From NCBI GenBank assembly GCA_964550425.1, contig CAZJZB010000003.1, positions 6-64,005 on the forward strand: 64,000 bases of DNA. Direction: 5' to 3'. This stretch comes from an uncultured Candidatus Saccharibacteria bacterium. Lineage in GTDB: Bacteria; Patescibacteriota; Minisyncoccia; Phycocordibacterales; Phycocordibacteraceae. Below are positions 9,676 through 19,292 of this stretch, one piece after another (positions within the stretch are counted from its first letter, which is position 1; each line of letters opens with the position of its first letter). The notes under the pieces are model-generated. The model was not told the DNA's origin. It made no database searches and saw only the letters and a program-made list of their open reading frames with translations. A program made the translations under genes and the position numbers.

Positions 9676-10374
9676 ATGGCCGTCCTGAATGATACGGTAG
9701 GAGTTAAGCGCCTCTTTGACACGGGGGCGCATTTTGCGCAGGTAAAAAGTCGTCGGCACCCCTCTATGAAGCCCTTTGTGGTCGGCACCAAGGGCCGTCA
9801 GGAGATTATTGATTTAGTAAAGACGGTAGAACAGCTCGAAGCCGCGAAGAGTGTTATGGCTACGCTTGCGAAGGAGGGCAAGACGGTACTTTTTGTCGGT
9901 GGAAAAGTTGAAATTGCGGCGCTCGTGAAGAAGGCGGCGCAAGAAATTTCCGCACCGTACGTAGCGGCGCGCTGGCTTGGCGGAACCATTTCTAACTGGA
10001 ACGAAATCAAGAAGCGCGTTGATCGGCTTGCAGAATTGTCTGAAAAAACCACCGTCGGTACGCTTGCCAAACAACATACGAAACTCGAACTCGTCTACAT
10101 TGATCGTGAAAAGAAACGGCTCATAGAGCGGCTTGACGGCATCACGACGCTCAGTAAGCGACCGGATGCATTGCTTGTCGTCGATACGAAGCACGAAAAG
10201 CACGCAGTCAAAGAGGCAAACGATGCCGGTATTCCTATCATCGCCATCATGAGTTCCGACTGCAATCTTAAAGAAGCGGCGTATCCGATTGTCGCGAACG
10301 ATACTTCACGCGAGACCGTGCGGCTCATTCTTACCGGCCTTGTTGAGGCGTTCAAGAAGGGACAAGAAGCGTAA
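9676..10374 (+). CDS. rpsB: 30S ribosomal protein S2
   Basis: GAHFAQVKSRRHPSMKPFV... is the S2 family signature. TTGCAT-17-TACAGT promoter lies 8 nt upstream of the ATG. Confidence 0.85.
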   Translation: MAVLNDTVGVKRLFDTGAHFAQVKSRRHPSMKPFVVGTKGRQEIIDLVKTVEQLEAAKSVMATLAKEGKTVLFVGGKVEIAALVKKAAQEISAPYVAARWLGGTISNWNEIKKRVDRLAELSEKTTVGTLAKQHTKLELVYIDREKKRLIERLDGITTLSKRPDALLVVDTKHEKHAVKEANDAGIPIIAIMSSDCNLKEAAYPIVANDTSRETVRLILTGLVEAFKKGQEA

Positions 10375-10380
10375 GAGCGC

Positions 10381-10461
10381 GCGGGCGAATGCTGTTTTCT
10401 TTGCGACTGGCTGACTCATTCTGATGAGGCCCGAGGGAGCAAGAAAACAGCATTCGCCCGC
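10381..10461 (+). promoter_or_regulatory. long stem-loop (21-bp perfect stem) in the rpsB-tsf intergenic region
   Basis: gcgggcgaatgctgttttctt ... aagaaaacagcattcgcccgc, with a 39-nt loop. Confidence 0.6.
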
Positions 10462-10491
10462 CTGCCCCATATGTTATTATTTTCACCACCT

Positions 10492-11073
10492 ATGGGAATC
10501 ACGACTGACAGCATCAAAGAACTGCGCGAGACGACAGGAGTGTCCGTCATGCAGTGTAAGAAAGCGCTTGAAGAGGCGGGTGGCGATCTTGATAAGGCCG
10601 CCGTTATCCTCAAGAAACATTCTGCGGCGACCGCAGAGAAGAAAGCTGACCGTTCGCTTGCTGCCGGTACGATAGGCAGCTATACCCACGACGGAAACAT
10701 CGGCGCAATGGTACTTCTCTCGTGCGAAACCGACTTTGTTGCGAAGAATCCGGAGTTCGGGGCGCTTGCGCGCGAACTCGCCATGCATGTCGCCGCGACG
10801 AATCCGCTCTATATGACGAGCGAAGAGATTCCGGAGGAAGCGAAGCAGACCGCGACTGCCGTGTTCCAAAAGGAGGTTGCCGATAAGCCGTTTGATATGC
10901 AAGCAAAGATTCTTGAGGGCAAGATTGCTGCATACTTCCGCGACCAAGTACTTCTTGAGCAGTCCTTCATAAAGGACGATAGTAAAACCGTGCGAGACCT
11001 TCTGAACACGGCGGCGCAGAAATTTGGCGAGCGTGTTGAGGTAAGCCGCTTTGCGCGCCTCTCCGCCCGCTAA
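10492..11073 (+). CDS. tsf: elongation factor Ts
   Basis: ITTDSIKELRETTGVSVMQCKKALEEAGGDLDKA... is a typical EF-Ts N-terminus. TGTTATTAT extended -10 upstream. Confidence 0.85.
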   Translation: MGITTDSIKELRETTGVSVMQCKKALEEAGGDLDKAAVILKKHSAATAEKKADRSLAAGTIGSYTHDGNIGAMVLLSCETDFVAKNPEFGALARELAMHVAATNPLYMTSEEIPEEAKQTATAVFQKEVADKPFDMQAKILEGKIAAYFRDQVLLEQSFIKDDSKTVRDLLNTAAQKFGERVEVSRFARLSAR

Positions 11074-11078
11074 TCGTC

Positions 11079-11486
11079 ATGGCATATCTTGTTTCCATCC
11101 TCACCGCGATAGGACTTCTTGTAGGTTTTGTTGCGCTTTGCGATTATGAGATGCGGCGCGGTACGCGCTTTTTTGCGTCCCTTCGCATGCGTCTCGATCG
11201 AGATATTGAGCAGATCGCATTTATTCTGGCACGTGTTGATGTTGGCGCATTTCTGTTTGAAGAGATGCGTCATATCGTCAGTCGTTCCGGACATGCTGTC
11301 GCGCACGTTTCCCTTCAAGCGGTGCGTGCCGCTGAACGGCTTCTCACGCGCCTCGTCCGGCATCTCCGCCGCGAGGACGCGGTAGATACCGTGCCGCGCG
11401 AAAGCATGAGAGAGTATGTGAAGACCCTCTCTGATTTCAAGGATCGTCTCAAAACAACGCATCCCGAGGTTCCTGATATACACTAG
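11079..11486 (+). CDS. hypothetical membrane-anchored protein
   Basis: N-terminal TM helix; no recognizable motif. Confidence 0.35.
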   Translation: MAYLVSILTAIGLLVGFVALCDYEMRRGTRFFASLRMRLDRDIEQIAFILARVDVGAFLFEEMRHIVSRSGHAVAHVSLQAVRAAERLLTRLVRHLRREDAVDTVPRESMREYVKTLSDFKDRLKTTHPEVPDIH

Positions 11487-11492
11487 ATAGAC

Positions 11493-11566
11493 GCCGCCTT
11501 AGCTCAGTTGGTAGAGCAACGCTTTTGTAAAGCGAAGGTCCCCAGTTCGAATCTGGGAGGCGGCTC
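11493..11566 (+). tRNA. tRNA-Thr (anticodon TGT)
   Basis: Manual cloverleaf: acceptor gccgcct/aggcggc, D-stem gctc/gagc, anticodon loop tttgtaa, T-loop ttcgaat. Confidence 0.8.
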
Positions 11567-12233
11567 AAAGTTTTGATGTGGTCGTCGCAAGCGATCCTTT
11601 GGGGAATTGTTTCTCAAGATCGGCTAACGATATAAAATTATAGGATTGTTTTCCGTTGATGACGAAAGCGGGGAGCGTATTCTTCACTTTGGTAACGGCG
11701 ATGAGGGTCTTCAAAGCGCCGAGATCGAGATTGTAGTCAAAGGAGTAGACACGCAAGTCGGGGTAGGTGTTGCGCAGGTAAGATAGCGCATATCCCGCTC
11801 TATCGCAGTTGATGCAGTCGCCAGCGTTGCTGTAGAAATAGAGAACGGTTACCGGCGGTTTTGTGTTACAGGCGGCGGCAAGCTGTTTGGTGATGAGATA
11901 GTCGCGAATTTCAAGTAAGGAGTATTGATTTTTCAGACGCAGCACCTGCGAATTATCGCTGCCGAGCTGATCCTCGGCATAGGAGAGACGAGTGCCCAAG
12001 TCCGCGAGTTCATGTGCCAATAGAGTCGATGAAGCGACACTGTCGCAGGGCGCTGCGGTAAGCAGAGAAAATTGCGTATCAAGGGAGAGTATCTCAATTG
12101 AAATCTTGTCCTGTATCGCCGAGAGTTCGGCAACGCGAGCTCGATTCAGGTAATTAATGGCGTACGCGACCGTACTCACGAGAGCGATTGTGATGCCAAG
12201 AGCTATAAGAGCGTTCCGAGCGACGAGAGACAT
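11565..12233 (-). CDS. hypothetical membrane-anchored protein (Cys-containing, possible thioredoxin-like fold)
   Basis: N-terminal TM; internal CINC pair; no firm family assignment. Confidence 0.45.
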   Translation of the reverse strand: MSLVARNALIALGITIALVSTVAYAINYLNRARVAELSAIQDKISIEILSLDTQFSLLTAAPCDSVASSTLLAHELADLGTRLSYAEDQLGSDNSQVLRLKNQYSLLEIRDYLITKQLAAACNTKPPVTVLYFYSNAGDCINCDRAGYALSYLRNTYPDLRVYSFDYNLDLGALKTLIAVTKVKNTLPAFVINGKQSYNFISLADLEKQFPKGSLATTTSKL

Positions 12234-12236
12234 GTA

Positions 12237-13532
12237 TCAATAACGCCAGCCGCGACGTTTGCCGCGCGCAACATCGCTGGTCGCGTTAATGAGCCACAGC
12301 GGCGCGACAAAAGCGTAGAGAAGCGCGTATGAAGTGATATCGAACGCCAGATTCCCCGGCGTTCTCGAGATGCGCCTGCCGATGGTGATGAGGGTAAATG
12401 AAGCGAGTAACGTTGCGGCGCCAAGAAATAGATACATGCTTGTGGGGAAGTAGAACCAATCGAACGAGCCGTGAGGGGTTATCGCATACGAGAGCGGAAT
12501 GCCGGTGCGAATTTCAATTGCAGCAGCGGCATGTCGAGTGAGCTTAAAGAGCACGAGCGAGAAAAGCAGGATGCTGCTGCCGATTGAGAGAAGAGCGCTC
12601 GGCAGCACGAGCATGCCAAGTGCGCCGCGATAACGATTGCCTATGAGGCAGCGGTATTCGCCGAGGATATTGCGAAGAAATCCGGATGTCCAACGAGTGC
12701 GCTGTCTGATAAGTTTTCCGATTGTGCTCGGCGCCTTTGTATACACGCGAGCGCGCGGAGCATTCTCAATGCTGTAACCGGCCTGCTGGATGCGGAGCGC
12801 CATTTCCATATCCTCGGTTTGATGTCCGTAACGAAAACCGCCCAGTTTTTCTATAACGCTGCGCCGGTAAAATGAGAAAGGTCCGGGTGTGACATAGAGG
12901 CCGTTGACCGAGGCAAATGTGTGGCGAAATGCAATGCCGAAAGTATACTCGGCATTTTGCATGTGTTGAAGAATGGTGTGTGGGCGGTGCACAGACATCG
13001 CGGCGGTTACCGCTGCGACCTGCGCATCGGCAAAACAAGGAATGATTTCGGCGAGCGCATCCGGCTCGACGAAGGAGTCGGCATCGAGGCAGCCGATACA
13101 TTCGGCATGTGTCACTGCGATACCGGCGTTGAGTGCCGTATGTTTCCCGCCGTTTTCTTTGCGAATGATGCGTACCTGTTTATGCGAAGCGAAGCGCGCC
13201 ATGGCGGCCGGTGTCGCATCGGTAGAGCCATCGTCAACGAGAATAATCTCAAGCTTTTCTTTCGGATACTTGAGTGCAAGAAGCGAATCGCAGGTAGTGG
13301 CGAGGGTAGAGGCCTCGTTCCAGCAGGGCACGATAACGGCGACTGAAGGAAGCGGATACGCACCCCCATCTTGCGCCGCGAGACGCTTGCGGGCCTCGCG
13401 TGCGGGCTTCGAGAGCAGCGTTACCAACATGAACGATTCAAAGAATATCGCGATGAACAGGAAGGGATACGCAAGCATCTCGGGACTCATAATGGCGTAA
13501 CTGTAGCACAATCTGCTATATTTAGAGTCCAT
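12237..13532 (-). CDS. family 2 glycosyltransferase, processive (PgaC/cellulose-synthase-like)
   Basis: VPCWNE, DDGSTD, DADS (DxD) and QRTRW (QxxRW) motifs plus multiple TM segments. Confidence 0.8.
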   Translation of the reverse strand: MDSKYSRLCYSYAIMSPEMLAYPFLFIAIFFESFMLVTLLSKPAREARKRLAAQDGGAYPLPSVAVIVPCWNEASTLATTCDSLLALKYPKEKLEIILVDDGSTDATPAAMARFASHKQVRIIRKENGGKHTALNAGIAVTHAECIGCLDADSFVEPDALAEIIPCFADAQVAAVTAAMSVHRPHTILQHMQNAEYTFGIAFRHTFASVNGLYVTPGPFSFYRRSVIEKLGGFRYGHQTEDMEMALRIQQAGYSIENAPRARVYTKAPSTIGKLIRQRTRWTSGFLRNILGEYRCLIGNRYRGALGMLVLPSALLSIGSSILLFSLVLFKLTRHAAAAIEIRTGIPLSYAITPHGSFDWFYFPTSMYLFLGAATLLASFTLITIGRRISRTPGNLAFDITSYALLYAFVAPLWLINATSDVARGKRRGWRY

Positions 13533-14268
13533 GCATCAGAAGGGTCGCCTTCATCCCATTTCTATAGCCATCCGCGAGATAGCGGATATCTTCGGCCGTA
13601 TGGGCTTCGGTATTGCGTACGGTCCGGAACTTGAAGACGATTTTCATAACTTCACCGCGCTTAACATCCCGCCGAATCATCCCGCGCGCGGCATGCAGGA
13701 CACTTTTTGGATCAAAGACCAGAAGGACTTCGTTTTGCGTACGCACACAACATCCGTCTCTGTGCGCGAGCTTGAGAAACTTGCCAGAAGCGGCGAGAAT
13801 GAGATGCGCCGCATTATGCCGGGAAAAGTGTTTCGCAACGAGGCGACCGACGCTACGCACGAAGCGCAGTTTTATCAGGTTGACGGTTTCGCTGTTGGAT
13901 CAACCGGCTCGGTGACACTTGCGCACTTAAAGGGTACGCTCACCCGCTTCTATCGCGAGTATCTTGGTGCCGATGCGAAAGTTCGTTTCCGTCCGAGCTT
14001 CTTCGGGTTTACCGAGCCATCGGTAGAAGTTGATGTCTGGTTCGAGGTTCCCGGCAAAGAGGGGCGCTGGCTCGAGATGAGCGGCGGTGGCATGTTCCAC
14101 CCGAACGTAATCCGCGCCTCCGGACTTGATCCGGAGAAAATGGGCGGTTTTGCATTTGGCGGCGGACTCGAACGGCTTCTGATGGTGAAATACGGTATTC
14201 CGGATGCTCGCCTTTTCCATTCGGGCGATATTCGTTTCGTGTACGGATTTGATGAGAAATCACTATGA
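13531..14268 (+). CDS. pheS: phenylalanine--tRNA ligase alpha subunit (catalytic core only)
   Basis: Class II aaRS motifs of PheS (…FRNEATDATHEAQFYQVDG…GGLERLLMVKYGI…); lacks the N-terminal coiled-coil; 245 aa. TGCTATATT extended -10 lies 8 nt upstream. Confidence 0.85.
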   Translation: MHQKGRLHPISIAIREIADIFGRMGFGIAYGPELEDDFHNFTALNIPPNHPARGMQDTFWIKDQKDFVLRTHTTSVSVRELEKLARSGENEMRRIMPGKVFRNEATDATHEAQFYQVDGFAVGSTGSVTLAHLKGTLTRFYREYLGADAKVRFRPSFFGFTEPSVEVDVWFEVPGKEGRWLEMSGGGMFHPNVIRASGLDPEKMGGFAFGGGLERLLMVKYGIPDARLFHSGDIRFVYGFDEKSL

Positions 14269-15485
14269 AAATTTCCAGAAACGATCTCCAGAAATATTTT
14301 GAAGCACCGTTGCCGAGTACGGCAGCGCTCGCAGACGCTTTTACATTTCACTGTTTTGAAATCGAAGAGGTTGCAGGCGACATTCTCGATATAAAAGTGC
14401 TCCCGAATCGCAGCGTTGACTGCTCTTTGGAAGCGGGAATCGCTGTGGAACTTTCGGCGATCCTCGATTTTCCGTTGAGGCGTGAACCCGCGGGCGGTTT
14501 CTCTGAAAAAACAGTTGAAGTATTGCTCTCGCGTATAAACGCGATTCTCGGAGCGGACTTTTCAGAGAAAGAAATCGAGAGTGTATTCCGACAGCTGCGC
14601 TTCAGTGTCGAGAAAAGTGGAGATGCCTATCGTGTCGCCGCACCCTTACCGCGCGTCGATATTCAGATTCCCGAAGATGTTGCTGAAGAGGTCGGGCGCA
14701 TCCTCGGGTACGATAGAGTTCCGACGATCGAACTCCCATCCATCCCCGGTACACCCGACCATGCGCGGTATCGCGGCATCGAACGGATGAAAGATCAACT
14801 CGTAGCACAAGGATTTACGGAGGTATCGACACAATCATTTGCAAAGAAGGGCGACATTTTCCTTGCCAATCCTCTCGATAAAACAAGGCCCGCATTGCGC
14901 ATTTCACTTGAAGAGAATTTGCGCGAGGCACTGGAGCGCGCAAAGCAATACGCACCACTCGTGCTCCCGCCGAAAACGCCGATGAAACTCTTTGAGATTG
15001 GAACCGTTTTTCCAAAAGCAGGCGAGTATCTCGAGCTTCGGATGACCGAACGCGTACCGGAGTGGGGCGACGAGCGAGAGCGAGGAGGTACTGAGGTAGC
15101 AGCCGAACGTGGAGATGCCGCAAAGGTCTCAGACAATCTTTCAGTAGCAAAACTTGAAGAATATGGGAAAGATTACATGCCTGTCCGATATGCACTTGAA
15201 GCGTATCGGCAATTTTCCGTGTATCCATTTATCACGCGCGACATTGCGGTCTGGGTCCCGGGCGGTACGGAGGAGGTTTTCATTGAGAACGTCATTCGAG
15301 AGAATGCGGGAGAACTCATTGTGCGTCTTGATCAGTTTGATCATTTTGAAAAAGAGGGGAGAGTATCTTACGCTTTCCGGTTAGTTTTCCAGTCCATGGA
15401 ACGCACGCTCACCGATGAAGAAGTTGGTGGCAGTATGGCGAATATCATCGCCGCGCTTGTCGCAAAGGGCTACGAAGTCCGCTGA
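14265..15485 (+). CDS. pheT: phenylalanine--tRNA ligase beta subunit, short form (~406 aa)
   Basis: Overlaps the pheS stop. B3/4- and B5-like regions and a C-terminal FDX-ACB-like region (FITRDIAVWVPGG…AFRLVFQSMERTLTDEEV). Far shorter than the ~800-aa bacterial PheT. Confidence 0.75.
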   Translation: MKISRNDLQKYFEAPLPSTAALADAFTFHCFEIEEVAGDILDIKVLPNRSVDCSLEAGIAVELSAILDFPLRREPAGGFSEKTVEVLLSRINAILGADFSEKEIESVFRQLRFSVEKSGDAYRVAAPLPRVDIQIPEDVAEEVGRILGYDRVPTIELPSIPGTPDHARYRGIERMKDQLVAQGFTEVSTQSFAKKGDIFLANPLDKTRPALRISLEENLREALERAKQYAPLVLPPKTPMKLFEIGTVFPKAGEYLELRMTERVPEWGDERERGGTEVAAERGDAAKVSDNLSVAKLEEYGKDYMPVRYALEAYRQFSVYPFITRDIAVWVPGGTEEVFIENVIRENAGELIVRLDQFDHFEKEGRVSYAFRLVFQSMERTLTDEEVGGSMANIIAALVAKGYEVR

Positions 15486-15534
15486 TTTCGCAGGGGAAAA
15501 CGGGCTTAATTCGTGCTATACTGAAAGCACCGAA

Positions 15535-17628
15535 ATGTCGGCTATTTTTATGGCTAAAAGCACTGAAAAGGAACCAAAAAAGAAGGTCTATGATGCCTCG
15601 TCTATTACCGTCCTTGAAGGGCTTGAACCGGTTCGGAAACGCCCGGGTATGTACATTGGGACCACTGGTCCCGACGGCCTGCATCATTTGGTGTGGGAGA
15701 TATTTGATAATGCGCGCGACGAGGCGATGGCTGGTCGATGCGACGATATAGAGGTCGCACTTCTGCCTGACGGCTATGTGCGCATCGCAGATAACGGCAA
15801 TGGTATTCCAGTCGGTATTCACCCGAAAACAAAGGTCTCTGCGCTCGAGACCATTATGACGACGCTGCATGCGGGCGGAAAGTTCGATAATGACGCATAC
15901 AAGGTCTCGGGCGGTCTGCATGGTGTCGGCGCGTCGGTGGTAAACGCACTTTCCGAACATACAAAGGTTGTCGTACATCAAGACGGGGGTCAGCACATGC
16001 AGGAATATAAAATCGGCAAACCGCTCGCGAAAGTGAAGAAGATCGGCACGACGAAAGAGCATGGGACCATCGTCCTCTTCAAACCGGACACGACCATCTT
16101 CAAAGAGGGTATCGAATGGAATTGGGAAAAGATTGTGACACATCTGCGCCAGCAGGCGTATCTGGTGAAAGGTGTCCGGGTCTCCATGGTTGACACACGC
16201 GATTCGCAGGAGGCCTTTTTGACAGACAATATATTTTTGCGCGAACAGGCACTCGATGTTCCCTCGGTGACCTTCTACTTTGAGGGGGGATTAAAATCGC
16301 TCGTCGCTTTCCATAACAAGCATCAAACGCCGGCGCATAAAAATATTTTTTATATCGATCGCGAACAAGACAGAGTAGAAGTCGAGGTCGCATTTCAATA
16401 CGTCGACGACATCACGCCGCGTATCACCGCTTTTGCGAACAATACCTACAACAGCGAGGGCGGTACGCACATCACCGGCTTCAAGACGGCGCTCACCCGT
16501 TCTCTCAATACCTACGGCAGGAACGCGAACATACTGAAGGAGAAAGATGAGAATTTTACCGGTGACGATGTCCTTGAGGGCATCACGGCGGTCGTCTCGG
16601 TGAAGCTTCCCGAGATTCAGTTTGAGGGACAGACCAAAGCGAAACTCGGCTCGGTCGAGGCGCAGGGCGCAGTCGCCACTGTCTTCGGCGAAGCGCTCGG
16701 CGCATACCTGGAGGAGAATCCAGACGATGCTCGCGCTATTGTCAATAAAGTATCGCTCGCCTTGAAAGCGCGCAAAGCGGCGAAGGCGGCAAAGGATTCA
16801 GTATTGCGCAAGGGAGCGCTTGAGGGCATGACGCTCCCCGGCAAGCTCGCGGACTGCCAGACCAAGAGCGCCGAAGAAGGCGAGCTTTTCATTGTGGAGG
16901 GCGACTCGGCAGGCGGCACCGCAAAGATGGGTCGCGACCGCCGTGTGCAAGCTATTCTGCCTTTGCGCGGGAAAATTTTAAATGTTGAGCGCGCGCGTCT
17001 CGACAAGATGCTTGCTTCAGAGCAAGTAAGGAATCTCGTGGTTGCGCTTGGCACCGCGGTCGGCGATGTATTTGACCTCTCTAAACTCCGGTATCACAAA
17101 ATCATCATCGCTACCGATGCAGACGTCGACGGCGCGCATATTCGGACACTTATCCTCACACTCTTTTTTCGCCATTTCCGCGCAATTATCGATGGGGGCT
17201 TTATCTATATCGCACAACCGCCGCTCTACAAAATCACCAAAGGAAAGGCGGTTGCGTATGCCTATTCCGATGCTGAAAAAGAAGAGGCGCTCAAGGAAAT
17301 GGGGGTTGCTTCCAGTGAAGTGGCAATCCTCGGAGAAGGAGAGGATATCGCAGCGGAAGAAGAAGATGCTGCGGTGACAAACCTGCCTGCCGGCAAAGCA
17401 GGAAAGCCGGCGAAGGCGCACATTCAGCGTTACAAAGGTCTTGGCGAAATGAACGCATCCGAGCTCTGGGAGACCACGATGGATCCGTCGCGGCGCGTCT
17501 TGAAGCAGGTGAATGTGGAGGATGCCGAGGCGGCCGACCGCATCTTCGATATTCTTATGGGCACCGACGTCGCCTCGCGCAAGTCATTTATTCAATCAAA
17601 CGCAAAATACGCCAATCTGGACGTTTAA
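15535..17628 (+). CDS. gyrB: DNA gyrase subunit B
   Basis: GHKL ATPase, Toprim and C-terminal GyrB signatures (…RPGMYIGTTG…EGDSAGG…). Start chosen 12 nt after a TGCTATACT extended -10. Confidence 0.9.
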   Translation: MSAIFMAKSTEKEPKKKVYDASSITVLEGLEPVRKRPGMYIGTTGPDGLHHLVWEIFDNARDEAMAGRCDDIEVALLPDGYVRIADNGNGIPVGIHPKTKVSALETIMTTLHAGGKFDNDAYKVSGGLHGVGASVVNALSEHTKVVVHQDGGQHMQEYKIGKPLAKVKKIGTTKEHGTIVLFKPDTTIFKEGIEWNWEKIVTHLRQQAYLVKGVRVSMVDTRDSQEAFLTDNIFLREQALDVPSVTFYFEGGLKSLVAFHNKHQTPAHKNIFYIDREQDRVEVEVAFQYVDDITPRITAFANNTYNSEGGTHITGFKTALTRSLNTYGRNANILKEKDENFTGDDVLEGITAVVSVKLPEIQFEGQTKAKLGSVEAQGAVATVFGEALGAYLEENPDDARAIVNKVSLALKARKAAKAAKDSVLRKGALEGMTLPGKLADCQTKSAEEGELFIVEGDSAGGTAKMGRDRRVQAILPLRGKILNVERARLDKMLASEQVRNLVVALGTAVGDVFDLSKLRYHKIIIATDADVDGAHIRTLILTLFFRHFRAIIDGGFIYIAQPPLYKITKGKAVAYAYSDAEKEEALKEMGVASSEVAILGEGEDIAAEEEDAAVTNLPAGKAGKPAKAHIQRYKGLGEMNASELWETTMDPSRRVLKQVNVEDAEAADRIFDILMGTDVASRKSFIQSNAKYANLDV

Positions 17629-18431
17629 CTTCCAAGAATTGTTATCTTTGTTGAGGCACTGTTGTTGTCGGTGTCTGATTCTGTAACTGCGCGGTTGAAA
17701 TTTGCGGTAATCGAGATAATTTGATCCGTGCCTTTATTCGCCTGATCGAAGCCGAGTGTGTAATCGATGCTATCGCCCGGATTGAGCGATTGCTGAGGAT
17801 CCGATTGATAGATAAAGGCGGTTTGTGTCGGAATGGATGCGCTAAAGCGCCACGCGCTCGCGGTGTTCATACCGATATTTTTGATAGTGAACGTAACCGC
17901 CGGACGAAGACCTGCAGGAACGGTTGAGCTCGCGACGAATGACTCTGCCGAAGTGGTCGCGAGATAACCAATCGCATTAATGCTCACGATGAAATCGGGA
18001 AGGCCGGAAAGCGTCGGCGATGCCGGCGTACTATTTATTTGATACACATTACTCGTTTTCTCACCGGCGGTCGGTGTAATTTGTTTTGGCACAGTCGGCG
18101 AAGACGGTGTCGAGGTAATCGAATCCGCTTCGTTCGGGGAGGTTGTCGTTGATACTGCGGGTGTTGAAACGACCGAAAGGGTCGGCCGCGTTGGAGTGAA
18201 AACCGAGCCGAGGTAGACGGTTGCCATACCAATACGATCTATTGCCGGGGTGAGGGTCGAACCAACATAGACGGCAGCCGTACTCATGCGTCCTATCACG
18301 TTAGGCACAAAGCGCGTCGAATAAACGGCGAGCCACATACCGAAAATAACGAGGGCAATAAAGCCAGCAACAGCGAGACCGTTCATGGCCGTCTGGCGAA
18401 CCGGGGTGTTGAGATCGGTGGTGTTATTCAT
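17625..18431 (-). CDS. membrane-anchored protein with T/S-rich linker and CARDB-like Ig-fold domain
   Basis: N-terminal TM, T/S/P-rich spacer, C-terminal LPDFIVSINAIG…VTFTIKNIGMNTASAW…NPGDS pattern typical of CARDB. Confidence 0.5.
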   Translation of the reverse strand: MNNTTDLNTPVRQTAMNGLAVAGFIALVIFGMWLAVYSTRFVPNVIGRMSTAAVYVGSTLTPAIDRIGMATVYLGSVFTPTRPTLSVVSTPAVSTTTSPNEADSITSTPSSPTVPKQITPTAGEKTSNVYQINSTPASPTLSGLPDFIVSINAIGYLATTSAESFVASSTVPAGLRPAVTFTIKNIGMNTASAWRFSASIPTQTAFIYQSDPQQSLNPGDSIDYTLGFDQANKGTDQIISITANFNRAVTESDTDNNSASTKITILGS

Positions 18432-18526
18432 ATCGATACACTATACATACCACACCGCACTTTCCATGTCAAGCCCGAGGGGGCTTGACATTATTGATAC
18501 TATAGTGTATTCATTGGTAAGACGAT

Positions 18527-19207
18527 ATGGGAAAAATTATCACATTCACCGCACAGCTTATCCGAGCTGGCAAGCGGGCTTATGAGAGGAAACTGGTCTT
18601 CCTTGGTCTTTTTGCTTTTGTGTTTCTTGGGAGTATTGCCGTGCTCAACTGGCTTGACCTATTGCCGCACATGTCTCTTGCGCCCGCCGCAAAAGCCGTC
18701 ACCACACTAGAAGATCGGACTATGCCGGTGAATGCGCGCGAATCAAAACCGATTGTTGTCGCAGAACTGCCGATAAAAATTGAGATTCCGAAAATTAATC
18801 TATCGGCGACCGTTGTAAATTCGACGACGACTGTTGTAGCGGTACTGGATGAGGCGTTGCTCAAAGGGGTCGTGCGATACCCGACGTCCGCCCGTCTTGG
18901 CGAGACGGGCAACATGGTACTTTTCGGCCATTCAAGCTATCTGCCGATAGTGAGCAATCAGGCGTACAAGACGTTCAACGGCATTCAGAAACTCTCGGAG
19001 GGAGACGCGGTCATTGTGTACTCATCGGACAAGGCATACACGTACCGGGTAAAAAGCGTTACGAAAGAAAGTGCGAATGATGCGAGTATTTCGCTTTCGG
19101 TCGCTGGAAGCGTACTCACGCTCGCGACCTGCGATTCCTTCGGTGCGAAGACAGACCGATTTGTCGTTGTCGCGGACCTTGTTGAAAGCCACTTGATTTC
19201 TACCTAG
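18527..19207 (+). CDS. sortase family transpeptidase
   Basis: N-terminal TM, conserved His (VLFGHSS), TLxTC active-site motif (LTLATCD) and a downstream Arg. Confidence 0.75.
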   Translation: MGKIITFTAQLIRAGKRAYERKLVFLGLFAFVFLGSIAVLNWLDLLPHMSLAPAAKAVTTLEDRTMPVNARESKPIVVAELPIKIEIPKINLSATVVNSTTTVVAVLDEALLKGVVRYPTSARLGETGNMVLFGHSSYLPIVSNQAYKTFNGIQKLSEGDAVIVYSSDKAYTYRVKSVTKESANDASISLSVAGSVLTLATCDSFGAKTDRFVVVADLVESHLIST

Positions 19208-19292
19208 TTAGAGATTAAATGGCTCTCCGCAATGGGGGAGGTGTTCTTTTGATCAACCAACGCCGCTCGCGCGGCACAGATGAAAGGGGATA

